Shown one piece after another: positions 18,376-27,871 of a stretch of 64,000 nt of DNA. Positions within the stretch are counted from its first letter, which is position 1, and each line of letters starts with the position of its first letter. The position numbers and the translations under genes were made by a program. Below the pieces are notes generated by a model that saw only the letters and a list, made by a program, of their open reading frames with translations, had not been told where the DNA came from and made no database searches. Source of the DNA: an uncultured virus (IMG/VR IMGVR_UViG_3300031841_004478) (taxonomy: Duplodnaviria > Heunggongvirae > Uroviricota > Caudoviricetes); the IMG/VR virus record IMGVR_UViG_3300031841_004478; one strand, given 5' to 3'.

Positions 18376-18626
18376 TACACCCACCCCGTTAGGTTTTGAT
18401 TTATTGATCTTTTCATATCAGTATCACCTTTAGCGATAGAACGAATATCGCCTCTGGCAATTCCAATGTCATTCAATTCTTTATCAGTCAACTGTGACAA
18501 TTCTTTCACAGTTTGATTGAATTCTCTGTTGCGCTTTACATATGCGTTCCAAGATCGAAGAAAATCGAAAAGACCTTCAAGCGGTTTCGTTAAGAAGCTG
18601 CTTACTTCCAGTACTAGTTGAGTCAT
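18375..18626 (-). CDS. DUF1127 (YjiS-like) small protein
   Basis: R...T.KELSQLTDKELNDIGIARGDI signature. Confidence 0.85.
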   Translation of the reverse strand: MTQLVLEVSSFLTKPLEGLFDFLRSWNAYVKRNREFNQTVKELSQLTDKELNDIGIARGDIRSIAKGDTDMKRSINQNLTGWV

Positions 18627-19050
18627 TTGTTAATACCCCGTTAATTGAAATTTTACGGGGACGCTTCTCTTCAGGAAGAATTCGCTCCAAGTGAATTGTA
18701 AGCAATCCATCTTCCAGATCAGCTCCGGTGACTTCTACAAATTCAGAGAGCCTAAATGACCTCTCGAATTTACGACCGCTAATGCCCTTGTGGACATAAA
18801 GTTCTTGATTCCGACGTTTTTCTCTATCACCTCTAACAGTAAGAATACCATCATGCATAGTAATATCAATGTCTGATTCTTTAAATCCGACAACAGCAAG
18901 TTCAATGAGATACTCGTCTTCAGTATTTTTTACTACGTTATGAGGTGGATATTTCCCGTGCCGATGATCAAATGTCATTTGCTCGAGTTCGTTAAAGATG
19001 TGGTCGAAACCCACGAATGCTCCACGAGGGAAGCTAAAGTTAGTAGTCAT
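18577..19050 (-). CDS. small heat-shock protein Hsp20 (IbpA-like)
   Basis: YPPHNV, IELAVVGF, YVHKGIS.R.F.RSF.L, A.LEDGLL.I.L; start 19050 behind AGGAGG. Confidence 0.93.
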   Translation of the reverse strand: MTTNFSFPRGAFVGFDHIFNELEQMTFDHRHGKYPPHNVVKNTEDEYLIELAVVGFKESDIDITMHDGILTVRGDREKRRNQELYVHKGISGRKFERSFRLSEFVEVTGADLEDGLLTIHLERILPEEKRPRKISINGVLTNDSTSTGSKQLLNETA

Positions 19051-19104
19051 ATTTGACCTCCTATTAAGTAAGGTTGTAGATGGACCCATTATTGGCATCC
19101 ATAC
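19051..19104 (-). promoter_or_regulatory. ROSE-like two-hairpin 5' UTR (putative RNA thermometer)
   Basis: AUGGAU-G-CCA/UGG-GUCCAU hairpin, then ACCUU-A-CU-UAAU-AG-GAGGU hairpin pairing the SD. Confidence 0.6.
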
Positions 19105-19146
19105 ATTATATATAATTATTAATTTTTAAAAGTACATAGGCTGGAA

Positions 19147-19560
19147 TTAATTTTTATTGCCAATGTTATATTTAGGACATAAATTCCAGTTATCTTTATC
19201 TTTATACGAAATAATTTTAATTTGACGAAGCGGTGCCAATTCTTGTAGATTATTTTGAGATTCAATTGTAATGAGACCCCAATCACTCATAAGCTGAGCA
19301 ATTGTATTCCTACGTGCAATGTCATTTTCTTCTAAATTGGATTTTTTTCCGTCAAGTAAAAATAATTCTTTGAAATGTACAATAAAATATCGACCTTGTT
19401 TATGTAGAATATGACAAGATTGATATAATTTATTATCTTTACGTGAGGCTACACCGATGCGAGTTAGTGTTTCTCTTACTTTAAGAAAATCATCTGGCTC
19501 GTTGAGTGTGACTTCTAACATAGAAGCAGGTGTCCACTCGACTATATTATTTTCTTCCAC
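19147..19560 (-). CDS. regA: translational repressor RegA
   Basis: PDDFLKVRETLTRIG, LYQSCHILHKQG.Y.IVHFKE. Confidence 0.97.
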   Translation of the reverse strand: MEENNIVEWTPASMLEVTLNEPDDFLKVRETLTRIGVASRKDNKLYQSCHILHKQGRYFIVHFKELFLLDGKKSNLEENDIARRNTIAQLMSDWGLITIESQNNLQELAPLRQIKIISYKDKDNWNLCPKYNIGNKN

Positions 19561-19936
19561 CTTTATAAACCTTCTTTTTCAATATATTTAGTTGTTCTTT
19601 TGTAAGAAGGGACAAGGCTTGTTTAGCTTTTTCATCATTATATCCATAATATTCCTTGACTACTTCCACATCACTTACGATCTCGGGTTTATTCCATTTT
19701 GAGAATCGTTTCTTTTTTCTAACTATATTTATAAGAAAATCGTTTTGTAACTTATTGTCAAGGTGGTGGTTTCGATTCATCTCATTTGCTATTAATACAG
19801 TATCAGCAAAATAAGAGAGTCCACGATTAACCATAAAAGAATTATATTGATTTTCACTTATGTCATCAACTATGATATTATTTTTACCATAGTTAATTTC
19901 TTGTAAAAAATCGAAAGGACTACGAGAATTCGACAT
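19547..19936 (-). CDS. gp62: clamp loader small subunit
   Basis: Y..FMVNR.LSY..D, KKRFSKW.K; synteny gp45-44-62-regA. Confidence 0.9.
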   Translation of the reverse strand: MSNSRSPFDFLQEINYGKNNIIVDDISENQYNSFMVNRGLSYFADTVLIANEMNRNHHLDNKLQNDFLINIVRKKKRFSKWNKPEIVSDVEVVKEYYGYNDEKAKQALSLLTKEQLNILKKKVYKGGRK

Positions 19937-20843
19937 TAGCCATAATCTCTGTTAAACATGCAACAATATTCAATTCATGATCAGCAACGAAAGCATTCTT
20001 ATATTGATAATCTGCCAATATGAGAACGAGTTGAGGAATTGATTGTGGATTTAGTTGATCATACATACGATCATAAATGCCTCTAAATATAGCAGACGAA
20101 TCTGTGTCTACATTATTGGCTACCCACTGTCTCATCTTTTTGAAATCTTTAGTCTTAAGATATTTAAATAAATCATCAAAAGAATGACTAGAAGCAGTTG
20201 TCGTAATAGATCCTACGACACTATATTTTTGTAGTTCGTTTAAGATACGTCTCCAATCTGGAGCAAACTTCATGATAAGATCTACGACTGCTTGTTGTTC
20301 ATAACTTACACCTTCACGTTCTAAAATAACTTTAGCCCGTTTCATAAACTCAGCACATAAAGGCTGTAAGTCTTTTTTACTTGTATTAAATTCAAATACA
20401 GCGCATCTTGAATGCAATGGTTCAATAATACGATTTTTAAAATTACAAGTAAGAATAAATCTACAATTACTACTAAACTCTTCAATAAATCCACGAAGAG
20501 CTGGTTGAGTAGATTGCGCATTAAGATAATCAGCTTCATCAAGAATAATAACTTTGTATCCACCTTGTAAAGAAACAGTACTCGCAAATTGTTGTAGAGT
20601 AGTTCTCAGTGTATCAATATTACCAGATTTTGAAGCGTTGATTAGAATATAATCTAATTCAAGTTGATTACACATGGCCATTGCTGCTGTGGTTTTACCA
20701 AGACCAGCAGTGCCTGTAAATAACATATTTGGCAATTCGCCATTATCAACTATTGCTTGTAGTTGATTTTTAAGAGTCTGTGGCAAAATTGTTTCTGCCA
20801 CAGACTGAGGACGGTATTTTTCAACCCACAAAAATTCATTCAT
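19920..20843 (-). CDS. gp44: clamp loader AAA+ subunit
   Basis: WVEKYRP, G.AGLGKTT, ILDEAD, PLHSRC. Confidence 0.97.
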   Translation of the reverse strand: MNEFLWVEKYRPQSVAETILPQTLKNQLQAIVDNGELPNMLFTGTAGLGKTTAAMAMCNQLELDYILINASKSGNIDTLRTTLQQFASTVSLQGGYKVIILDEADYLNAQSTQPALRGFIEEFSSNCRFILTCNFKNRIIEPLHSRCAVFEFNTSKKDLQPLCAEFMKRAKVILEREGVSYEQQAVVDLIMKFAPDWRRILNELQKYSVVGSITTTASSHSFDDLFKYLKTKDFKKMRQWVANNVDTDSSAIFRGIYDRMYDQLNPQSIPQLVLILADYQYKNAFVADHELNIVACLTEIMANVEFS

Positions 20844-20863
20844 TTACATTCTCCATTACAAAA

Positions 20864-20892
20864 ATTATATCACAGTTAGTCAAGAATGTAAA
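20864..20892 (-). promoter_or_regulatory. early/middle promoter for gp44
   Basis: TTTACA-N17-TATAAT with TGA extension. Confidence 0.7.
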
Positions 20893-21111
20893 TTATTTTT
20901 CTTCATCTCCAGTTTCCATTGCTTCTTCTTGCTCAATTTGCTCAGAAGTCTGAATAATGAAAATACATTGATCACGAAGTTGACCAATAGTGGAGAGTTC
21001 TTCTCCTTTAAAAGCGCCACGTTGTGTCATAGCGTCGATGACTGCCACCGTACTACGGCTCGCTTTGTTTGCATTGTCGCGCAGCTGTGCGTAAAGTTCT
21101 TTAGAACCCAT
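20893..21111 (-). CDS. conserved hypothetical protein
   Basis: QRGAFKGEEL..IG.LR motif; ATG 21111 behind GGAG. Confidence 0.7.
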   Translation of the reverse strand: MGSKELYAQLRDNANKASRSTVAVIDAMTQRGAFKGEELSTIGQLRDQCIFIIQTSEQIEQEEAMETGDEEK

Positions 21112-21112
21112 A

Positions 21113-21790
21113 TTATACTCCATATGTTGAGGATTTTTCGAGTGCAATCCAATATTGAACGTTCATTTCTTTATGTTTAAACTCAGAAATAAGTTTAGAT
21201 GAGATACCTACCGTATAATCACCAGGTAGGATTTTTAGATTATTAATGCTTACAATAAAATTAAATGTAGCATCAGGTGGAAACTCGCCATCTACATCGA
21301 TCGAAAAAGCATTTGATGTTGAGTTTTTGCTATCAACTACTGATAAGCTTAGTACACCATTATTATTTGTAATGGATACTTCACCATGTCCAAGAGTTGA
21401 AGCTGCGCGCTTTAGTTTATTAAGTGTTTCATTAGTTAACTCAAACGTCACATCAGTGGCAGGCATTGTTACATCCTTGCCTGGGGCAGTCAATGTTTCT
21501 TCAGCTGAATAGAAATATTTGACTTTAGATCTACCAGTGGAATCTGCCACGATTACATAATCATCCTCAAATTTAAGTTGAGGAGTATCTACGAGACCGA
21601 GAACACCAATAAATTCATTGAGATCATAGACACCAAAATCTTTTGGAAAGTCTTCATTTACAGAAGCACGAGCAAATACATTACGTGCCTCACTAATTGT
21701 TTTGATTGTTCTGCCTTGTCGAATAATGATATTAGGATTAATACCAGAAAAATTCTTTAGTACACTTAGAGTATTTTCATTCAATTCCAT
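21113..21790 (-). CDS. gp45: sliding clamp
   Basis: TL.VLKNFS.IN, FGVYDLNEF, YWIALE. Confidence 0.95.
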   Translation of the reverse strand: MELNENTLSVLKNFSGINPNIIIRQGRTIKTISEARNVFARASVNEDFPKDFGVYDLNEFIGVLGLVDTPQLKFEDDYVIVADSTGRSKVKYFYSAEETLTAPGKDVTMPATDVTFELTNETLNKLKRAASTLGHGEVSITNNNGVLSLSVVDSKNSTSNAFSIDVDGEFPPDATFNFIVSINNLKILPGDYTVGISSKLISEFKHKEMNVQYWIALEKSSTYGV

Positions 21791-21816
21791 TATATAACTC
21801 CATTAGAATATAGATT

Positions 21817-21846
21817 ATTATACCACATTTTTACCATTTTGTAAAC
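21817..21846 (-). promoter_or_regulatory. T4 early-type promoter for gp45
   Basis: GTTTACA-N17-TATAAT with TGTGG extension. Confidence 0.75.
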
Positions 21847-21848
21847 CA

Positions 21849-23567
21849 TCATGCTGCCATCTTACTAAAATTCTTTTCCTTTTTAAACTCAATTTTAGAT
21901 TCAAATTTGCCATCAAGTATATCACCTTTATGAGATATAACAAATACGTTAGTATCGTCAGAAAGCGTATGTAATATTTTCAACAAGTTTTCTACTCCAT
22001 CATGATCAAGACTAGAATCAAACGTTTCATCTAGTATCAATAAATTAGTAGCCACAGAATTTTTCATCTTTGCTATATGTCTCCATGTAAATAGCAATGA
22101 AAGATCGATTCTTTGTTTTTCACCTTCACTAAACGAATCATATGTAAATTCATCTCTATGACGAGATCGAATAGTTTCTTTAAATTCTTCGTCTAAATCA
22201 AAGTGAACAAAGAAATCGAGAACCTGTAGGTACTGATTAACGAGTTTATTTATAACTGGTAAATACTGTTTAATAATTTTAGTTTTAATTCCAGTATCTT
22301 TGAGCATTTCACTCATGACCATATTATAATTTAATCTATCTTTATAAGATAATTTTTTATCAAGTAAATTATCTTTAAGATCTTTTAAATTTTCGAGATC
22401 TGTTTTTGATTTAGCTACATCACCATCATTGCTGCGTATTTGTGATATGGAAGAGGTGAGACCTTTAATCTGTCCTTGCAACCGTACGATTTCTCTATTG
22501 TTGCCAGATATAAGTGAGGTTTTTTCTCTGATCGCATTAGCTGCGGAGTTAAGCCGTTCAATAGTTGATTCCACAATAGACGACTCGCTAGAGACATCGT
22601 CCAACGCTTTTTGTATCTCTGATGCTTTAGTTTTGGCGGTGGAGAGTTTCTCAGATCGCAAATCCTCGTCAATATCTTGGGAACATGTTGGGCATGTATC
22701 ATTTTGTTCATAAAATTTCGAGTCTTTGACGAGCGCTGAAATTTTTTGATTGAATTCAGCTTTATACTGTAAGAGAGCTTGTTTTTTATCGTGATTTTTC
22801 TTGAGGCCTTCCTCCAGCCCAATCGATAATTTTTCGATTTCTTCGGACGTATTGACATTTTCCAACTGTAGGTTTTCGATGGAATCTTCTGCGAGAAAGA
22901 TTTGTGTTTCTTTTTCTTCAATCTGATCATTGCTTAAAGCTTCTACTTCTTTAATATATTTACGTTGAAGATCAATCTTTTCTTTTGTAATTTCTAAATC
23001 ATAATCTGTAGATTTAAGATCTTCTTTTAACTTACTAGTTTTTTCTTTTAGAAGTGTATTCATTTTTGAAAACACATTTATGTCCAAAAGATCCTCGATA
23101 ACATCTCTTCGGTGCCAACCTGCAAGCTGCATGAAAGGAATGAAAGATGAGGAGCCAAGTACTACCACCTGATGAAAACTCTTATGATTGAGTTTCAAGA
23201 TGTTTTGTTCGAGGATCTTTTGGTACTCTTTGGCGTGTGATGATTGATTAATCATTTTATCATTACGCCAAATTTCAAATACGTTTGGTTTAATACCACG
23301 TACAATTTTATAATAAGTAGAACCAATACTAAATTCTACTTCAACAATGCACGATTTTTGATTAATAGAATTTACAAGTTGAGGTTTATTAATATTACGA
23401 TGTGGTTTTCCAAACAAGCCAAAAGAGATGGCATCTAATATTGTAGATTTTCCAGCTCCATTTTGACCAACAACTAATGTTGATTTGGTATTATTCAAAT
23501 CGATTTCTGTAAAAGAATTTCCAGTAGATAAGAAATTTTTCCAACGTACTTTCTTAAATAAAATCAT
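21849..23567 (-). CDS. gp46: recombination endonuclease ATPase subunit (Rad50/SbcC-like)
   Basis: GQNGAGKS, CPTC zinc hook, FSEGEK, LILDE, ISH. Confidence 0.97.
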   Translation of the reverse strand: MILFKKVRWKNFLSTGNSFTEIDLNNTKSTLVVGQNGAGKSTILDAISFGLFGKPHRNINKPQLVNSINQKSCIVEVEFSIGSTYYKIVRGIKPNVFEIWRNDKMINQSSHAKEYQKILEQNILKLNHKSFHQVVVLGSSSFIPFMQLAGWHRRDVIEDLLDINVFSKMNTLLKEKTSKLKEDLKSTDYDLEITKEKIDLQRKYIKEVEALSNDQIEEKETQIFLAEDSIENLQLENVNTSEEIEKLSIGLEEGLKKNHDKKQALLQYKAEFNQKISALVKDSKFYEQNDTCPTCSQDIDEDLRSEKLSTAKTKASEIQKALDDVSSESSIVESTIERLNSAANAIREKTSLISGNNREIVRLQGQIKGLTSSISQIRSNDGDVAKSKTDLENLKDLKDNLLDKKLSYKDRLNYNMVMSEMLKDTGIKTKIIKQYLPVINKLVNQYLQVLDFFVHFDLDEEFKETIRSRHRDEFTYDSFSEGEKQRIDLSLLFTWRHIAKMKNSVATNLLILDETFDSSLDHDGVENLLKILHTLSDDTNVFVISHKGDILDGKFESKIEFKKEKNFSKMAA

Positions 23568-24625
23568 GCTATTTCTAGTGCCTGTGCTTCTGTCATTAGT
23601 TCGCGCATTTGGACTTTGATTTTGTCTTTATCCAATTCAGTATCAACACCATCAATATAGTCATCTACTAATTCTGCAGTATCATCAACACGCAAACCTT
23701 CATCATCTACATTATCACCAACAAACTCACTGAAATTTTCAGAGATTTTTAATTCGTGAATATTCCTATTCTGTATTCTATCAACAAATCGATCAAAAGT
23801 AAACCCATCATTTTTATTAATCACAGTGATTTTTACAAACTTTTCATCAAGATAAGATACATCAAAATCTTCATAGTTTTGTTTTTCATCATCATAATAG
23901 ATACGTTCAAATAAAGTATAAGGATTATGTATACGTGTTATCTCACGAGTTTCAGTATCAATAATATGGAAATATTTTTTATCACCAGCATCTGACCAGA
24001 AAAATTCCATTTGTGATCCTAAATACCAAATATTATCTCGCTTAGAACCTACATGAAAGTGACCAGTTAAAACTTGTTCAAATTTACTAAATAGACTTGC
24101 ATCCATACCATGTGTATTTTTTACACCCCTCATCATTTCAAATCCATTAAGTTCTAAATGACCTCCAAGCCAATCAGCTTCACAATTAGCCACAAACTTC
24201 ATAGATTTTTCATAATTATCTTGACAAATCCAAGGAAGTAAAGCAAGTTTAAGAGATCCATATTCCATCACAGTAGGTTCCATAATAATATGGATTTCAT
24301 TCATATAATGGCCAAGGCATTCTTTTAATGCATTTAACTCGTTTGTATTTTTATAAAACGTATCATGATTGCCAGGAATAATATCCATTGACATGCCACG
24401 TTTTCTCAATTCATCTAAGAAGTGTTTACGATTGTGATTGAGAGCTTTGAAATTAACAAACTTGCGATGATCATAGTAATCACCCAAGTGAACGATTTGC
24501 TTAATATTATGTTTATCACATTCTGGAAAGAAAATATTTTCATAAAAGTCTTGAGCATTTTTTAAAAATATTTCTGATGAATTACGAATTCCAGCATGAG
24601 TATCATTTAATACTGCTATCTTCAT
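23564..24625 (-). CDS. gp47: recombination endonuclease nuclease subunit (Mre11/SbcD-like)
   Basis: DTH, LGD.YD.R, GNHD, GHFH phosphoesterase motifs. Confidence 0.96.
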   Translation of the reverse strand: MKIAVLNDTHAGIRNSSEIFLKNAQDFYENIFFPECDKHNIKQIVHLGDYYDHRKFVNFKALNHNRKHFLDELRKRGMSMDIIPGNHDTFYKNTNELNALKECLGHYMNEIHIIMEPTVMEYGSLKLALLPWICQDNYEKSMKFVANCEADWLGGHLELNGFEMMRGVKNTHGMDASLFSKFEQVLTGHFHVGSKRDNIWYLGSQMEFFWSDAGDKKYFHIIDTETREITRIHNPYTLFERIYYDDEKQNYEDFDVSYLDEKFVKITVINKNDGFTFDRFVDRIQNRNIHELKISENFSEFVGDNVDDEGLRVDDTAELVDDYIDGVDTELDKDKIKVQMRELMTEAQALEIA

Positions 24626-25196
24626 CTACAATATTCCAATAACTTAACCAACCAGTGGTTATATATTTATGTTCATTCGGAGCAGTAATACCTCTATGAG
24701 TATGTGTCCAATCTGCTGGCCAAATAACTGTTAATCCTCTTTCAGGTTTGATTTTTAGATTTTGATATAGCCATGATGTTTCTCCACCATTTTCTACATC
24801 ATTAAGATATGTCATAAAAGCTAAGAGTCTTGTATTTGCTATTCCTACTCCAGCTCTTTCAGAATGCCACGCGTGATATCCTTGTTTAGGAGCATAGTGT
24901 TGAATATTAATATATTCTTGTATACCAAATTGATTTTGTTCTTTTAAAACTTCAAATTCATTTACATATTCAGTTACTAATGGATTTAGTATTTCGTAAT
25001 AATATTCTTCACCTAACTCTTGTGGCATTTCAACATCTGTACTATCTTTCCATTCTTTATTAACAGAACCTCCAGCTCTACCTTCAAAAGTATTATCACT
25101 AGTATTAATAAAATCAATACATTTATCTAATATTTCATGATCTAAATAATAACCTCGTATAAACGGATTTTGAGTATTTATTAAATGTTTTTTCAT
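24603..25196 (-). CDS. 2OG-Fe(II) oxygenase
   Basis: WHSE (HxE), YLNDV..GGET, IWPA.WTH.HRG, KYI.TGW. Confidence 0.88.
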   Translation of the reverse strand: MKKHLINTQNPFIRGYYLDHEILDKCIDFINTSDNTFEGRAGGSVNKEWKDSTDVEMPQELGEEYYYEILNPLVTEYVNEFEVLKEQNQFGIQEYINIQHYAPKQGYHAWHSERAGVGIANTRLLAFMTYLNDVENGGETSWLYQNLKIKPERGLTVIWPADWTHTHRGITAPNEHKYITTGWLSYWNIVDEDSSIK

Positions 25197-25783
25197 TACA
25201 TAAAATCACTTAAATCCGAGTCTGCCGATTTTGTTTGACGTTTAATCTTTTTCTTCTCTTCTTTGACAAAGTCTTTAACTTCTGCATCAGCCGCTCGAAC
25301 TTTATCGATACGGTCACGCAACGTATCCACAAATGCTCCAGCCACATGCGCTGCTATATCCTCACCACCAACATCAATAAAATTCTCAACCCCTGAACGA
25401 GTAAGATATTTAATTTTGATGTCTTGTTGTTTCTTTTCTTTTGCGATTCTTCGTAAAAAGGCATACCATGAGATTTGCGTAAAATAAGCAAAAGCATTTG
25501 GTTTACCTGTACGTGTGGCAGCTTCAATATCATAGTTATTGATAGCTTTCAAACAATTTTCTACAGCATCCATTACCATTTCTTCACGATAAGTATAACG
25601 AATAAAATTTGATTTGTGAGACAAACCTTCAGCGATTCTTAGAAAACACTGAGCAATATAATCTGGTACAAGTGGAATTTTGTCTTGTTTCTTTTTAGCT
25701 TCATTAACTACTGTTACATAGTCTACCACAGCCTGAGAAAAATCAGCATTATTTACATAGTGTATGCTTTTTCTTTTTGCCAT
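25196..25783 (-). CDS. gp55: late sigma factor
   Basis: HYVNN, IAEGLS...NF..Y.YREEM..D, NAFAYFTQI...AFLRRI.KEK. Confidence 0.96.
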   Translation of the reverse strand: MAKRKSIHYVNNADFSQAVVDYVTVVNEAKKKQDKIPLVPDYIAQCFLRIAEGLSHKSNFIRYTYREEMVMDAVENCLKAINNYDIEAATRTGKPNAFAYFTQISWYAFLRRIAKEKKQQDIKIKYLTRSGVENFIDVGGEDIAAHVAGAFVDTLRDRIDKVRAADAEVKDFVKEEKKKIKRQTKSADSDLSDFM

Positions 25784-25806
25784 AATATAACTCCATTAAT
25801 AATAAT

Positions 25807-25835
25807 ATTCTATCAAAAAAATAAAGAAATGTACA
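25807..25835 (-). promoter_or_regulatory. early/middle promoter for gp55
   Basis: TGTACA-N17-TAGAAT with TGA extension. Confidence 0.7.
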
Positions 25836-25870
25836 TATAATTTTTTTAGTTTAAGAGGAAAAAATAGGGG

Positions 25871-25900
25871 GTTTACAAGTGATAAAAACTATGGTAGAAT
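25871..25900 (+). promoter_or_regulatory. divergent (antisense-oriented) early-type promoter
   Basis: Plus strand GTTTACA-N17-TAGAAT with TGG extension, same consensus as the minus-strand promoters. Confidence 0.65.
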
Positions 25901-25934
25901 TAACTGTAGTTAGGAGGGAGGAGAGGATACCCTT

Positions 25935-26396
25935 CTAATGGAGCGTCGTTTTACCAGTTGGAAATTTAATCACATTATTATCAGAATCTGGACTATTCAT
26001 ACTGTCTAAAAAATTATCGAAATCTTCATCTGTAATATCATCCATATCCATACCCATTTTTTCAGCGAGTTGATCGAATGAAAAATCTTGTCTATTTTTT
26101 TCGTGTTTCATACCTAATACACTTCGTGCATAGTGCGATAGCATACTGGCACTTGGATTTGATTCAGCAATTACTTGATTTGAATTTAAAATATGTAATT
26201 CACTTGGATCATCAACAAAAGAAAACCATGGGCGAAAAGCATAGAATCTTACACCGCGTTGAAAATCTTCGACCACCATGATTTTCATACAAGATCTTAC
26301 AACAAGACCAGCATCTCCTGATTCTGCAGAAACTACTTCACAAATTACTTCATCATCATTGGTCATTTTAAATTGTTTGATTGTTGGTTCGTTCAT
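25935..26396 (-). CDS. conserved hypothetical protein between uvsW and gp55
   Basis: KQFK.TN.DE.ICEV, FRPW, terminal NVIKFP..LH. Confidence 0.75.
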   Translation of the reverse strand: MNEPTIKQFKMTNDDEVICEVVSAESGDAGLVVRSCMKIMVVEDFQRGVRFYAFRPWFSFVDDPSELHILNSNQVIAESNPSASMLSHYARSVLGMKHEKNRQDFSFDQLAEKMGMDMDDITDEDFDNFLDSMNSPDSDNNVIKFPTGKTTLH

Positions 26397-27871
26397 AAAT
26401 CCACCGTATGAGTTTTATATTTAAATTTTTCTTTTTGGTAAATCTTAAGACGTTCTTCACCATGTGAATAAGCAAAATTCTTACCTGTAATATTATCTAT
26501 AATATCATACAATTTAGTTATTGATCCGTCTTCGCTTTGTCTGAGTCCTCTACCGATAGATTGTAAAACACGTATCTGGGATTTTGACGGACTAGCAAAT
26601 ACGATATTATGCAAATTCCGAATATTAATACCAGTACTAAAGGTACCAAGACTTGCAACAATAATAGCGCCATGTTGTTTCTCCACTATTTTACGAATTG
26701 CTTCTCTATCTTCGGTGTGTGTCTGTCCAGATACAAAAAATATTTTTCTGTCTTCAGCTGCTTTATCTTTAATTAAATTGAAGAGTGGTTTTCCATGATT
26801 TTCCACAAGGTTGTATAAGACGAGAGTATTGCCCACAGAAGCCAAAGCCAAGTTACGAATAAAACGATTACGTAAATCATGCTTGACAATCCAATCGATT
26901 TCTTCTTGATAAGTCCTTTTACCAAAATCAGAAGTGTCTTTATATTTGATTTCCAACCTGTCAATGTTGAGGTCTGCGAGGGTTTTTTCGTCTTGGAGGT
27001 TTCTTGTGGTAGTGACGCGGTGTATCTTACCAAAAAGTCCCTGAAGGACGAGCTCGTGGGTTTGTGTTCCATCTAATGTTCCTGTTGTACCATATCTGAA
27101 TCCAGCTTCTGTGGCTTTATTCATAATATTCATCAATGATTTAGATTTAAAACCATGACATTCATCACCAATTACCATTCCAAATTGATCGAACCATGCT
27201 TTTGGCAATTTATAAATTGATTGCCATGTAGATATACAAATCGCAGCATCAAATTTTTTGTCCTTACCACTATATATACGATGTACACCTTTAGGTCCCT
27301 GACCATACTCAATAAGATCATTATGCATTTGCTCAACTAAAGAAGTAGTAGGTACAATAATTAAAACTCTTCCAGCTTTTGGATATGCCACTCCATCAGA
27401 TAACATCTGCAACCAAAACTTAGCGAGTAAATATATAATTAATGATTTACCAGAACCAGTTGGTGATACAAGTATATTTCTTTTATGATGTAAGGCATGA
27501 CATAAAGCATCGAATTGATAATCTCGTATTTTAAATGGTAGACCTAAACCTTCAATCCATTCCATAATAAGCTTAGGATTAATATGTACTGTATCGATAG
27601 GACCACCGTATCGGGTGGTTTCGGTACCAAGCATATATGCTCGCTGTTTACAAAATTCTTGTAAGTGAAAAAATAAACCAGCAGGCAATTCTCCGCTATT
27701 AGAATCAAATAGACGAATCTTACCATCCCACATTCTATTTTTAAATGCTGGCATAAATTTATAACCAGGCACATAGAATGAGAAATATTCTCTCAATTCA
27801 GCTGCTATACCACTATTACATTCTACATGTAAATTAGCGTGAGTTAATTTCCTGACTCGAATTGTTTCCAT
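26393..27871 (-). CDS. uvsW: SF2 helicase UvsW
   Basis: SPTGSGKS, GDECH, GTTGT, TFSTGINI, LQSIGRGLR. Confidence 0.96.
   Translation of the reverse strand: METIRVRKLTHANLHVECNSGIAAELREYFSFYVPGYKFMPAFKNRMWDGKIRLFDSNSGELPAGLFFHLQEFCKQRAYMLGTETTRYGGPIDTVHINPKLIMEWIEGLGLPFKIRDYQFDALCHALHHKRNILVSPTGSGKSLIIYLLAKFWLQMLSDGVAYPKAGRVLIIVPTTSLVEQMHNDLIEYGQGPKGVHRIYSGKDKKFDAAICISTWQSIYKLPKAWFDQFGMVIGDECHGFKSKSLMNIMNKATEAGFRYGTTGTLDGTQTHELVLQGLFGKIHRVTTTRNLQDEKTLADLNIDRLEIKYKDTSDFGKRTYQEEIDWIVKHDLRNRFIRNLALASVGNTLVLYNLVENHGKPLFNLIKDKAAEDRKIFFVSGQTHTEDREAIRKIVEKQHGAIIVASLGTFSTGINIRNLHNIVFASPSKSQIRVLQSIGRGLRQSEDGSITKLYDIIDNITGKNFAYSHGEERLKIYQKEKFKYKTHTVDL

Noticed and set aside
19726..19733. TATAAATA inside gp62
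   Set aside because: Could be an internal late promoter for regA, but it is also explained by Leu-Ile-Asn-Ile codons in AT-rich DNA; not supportable from sequence alone
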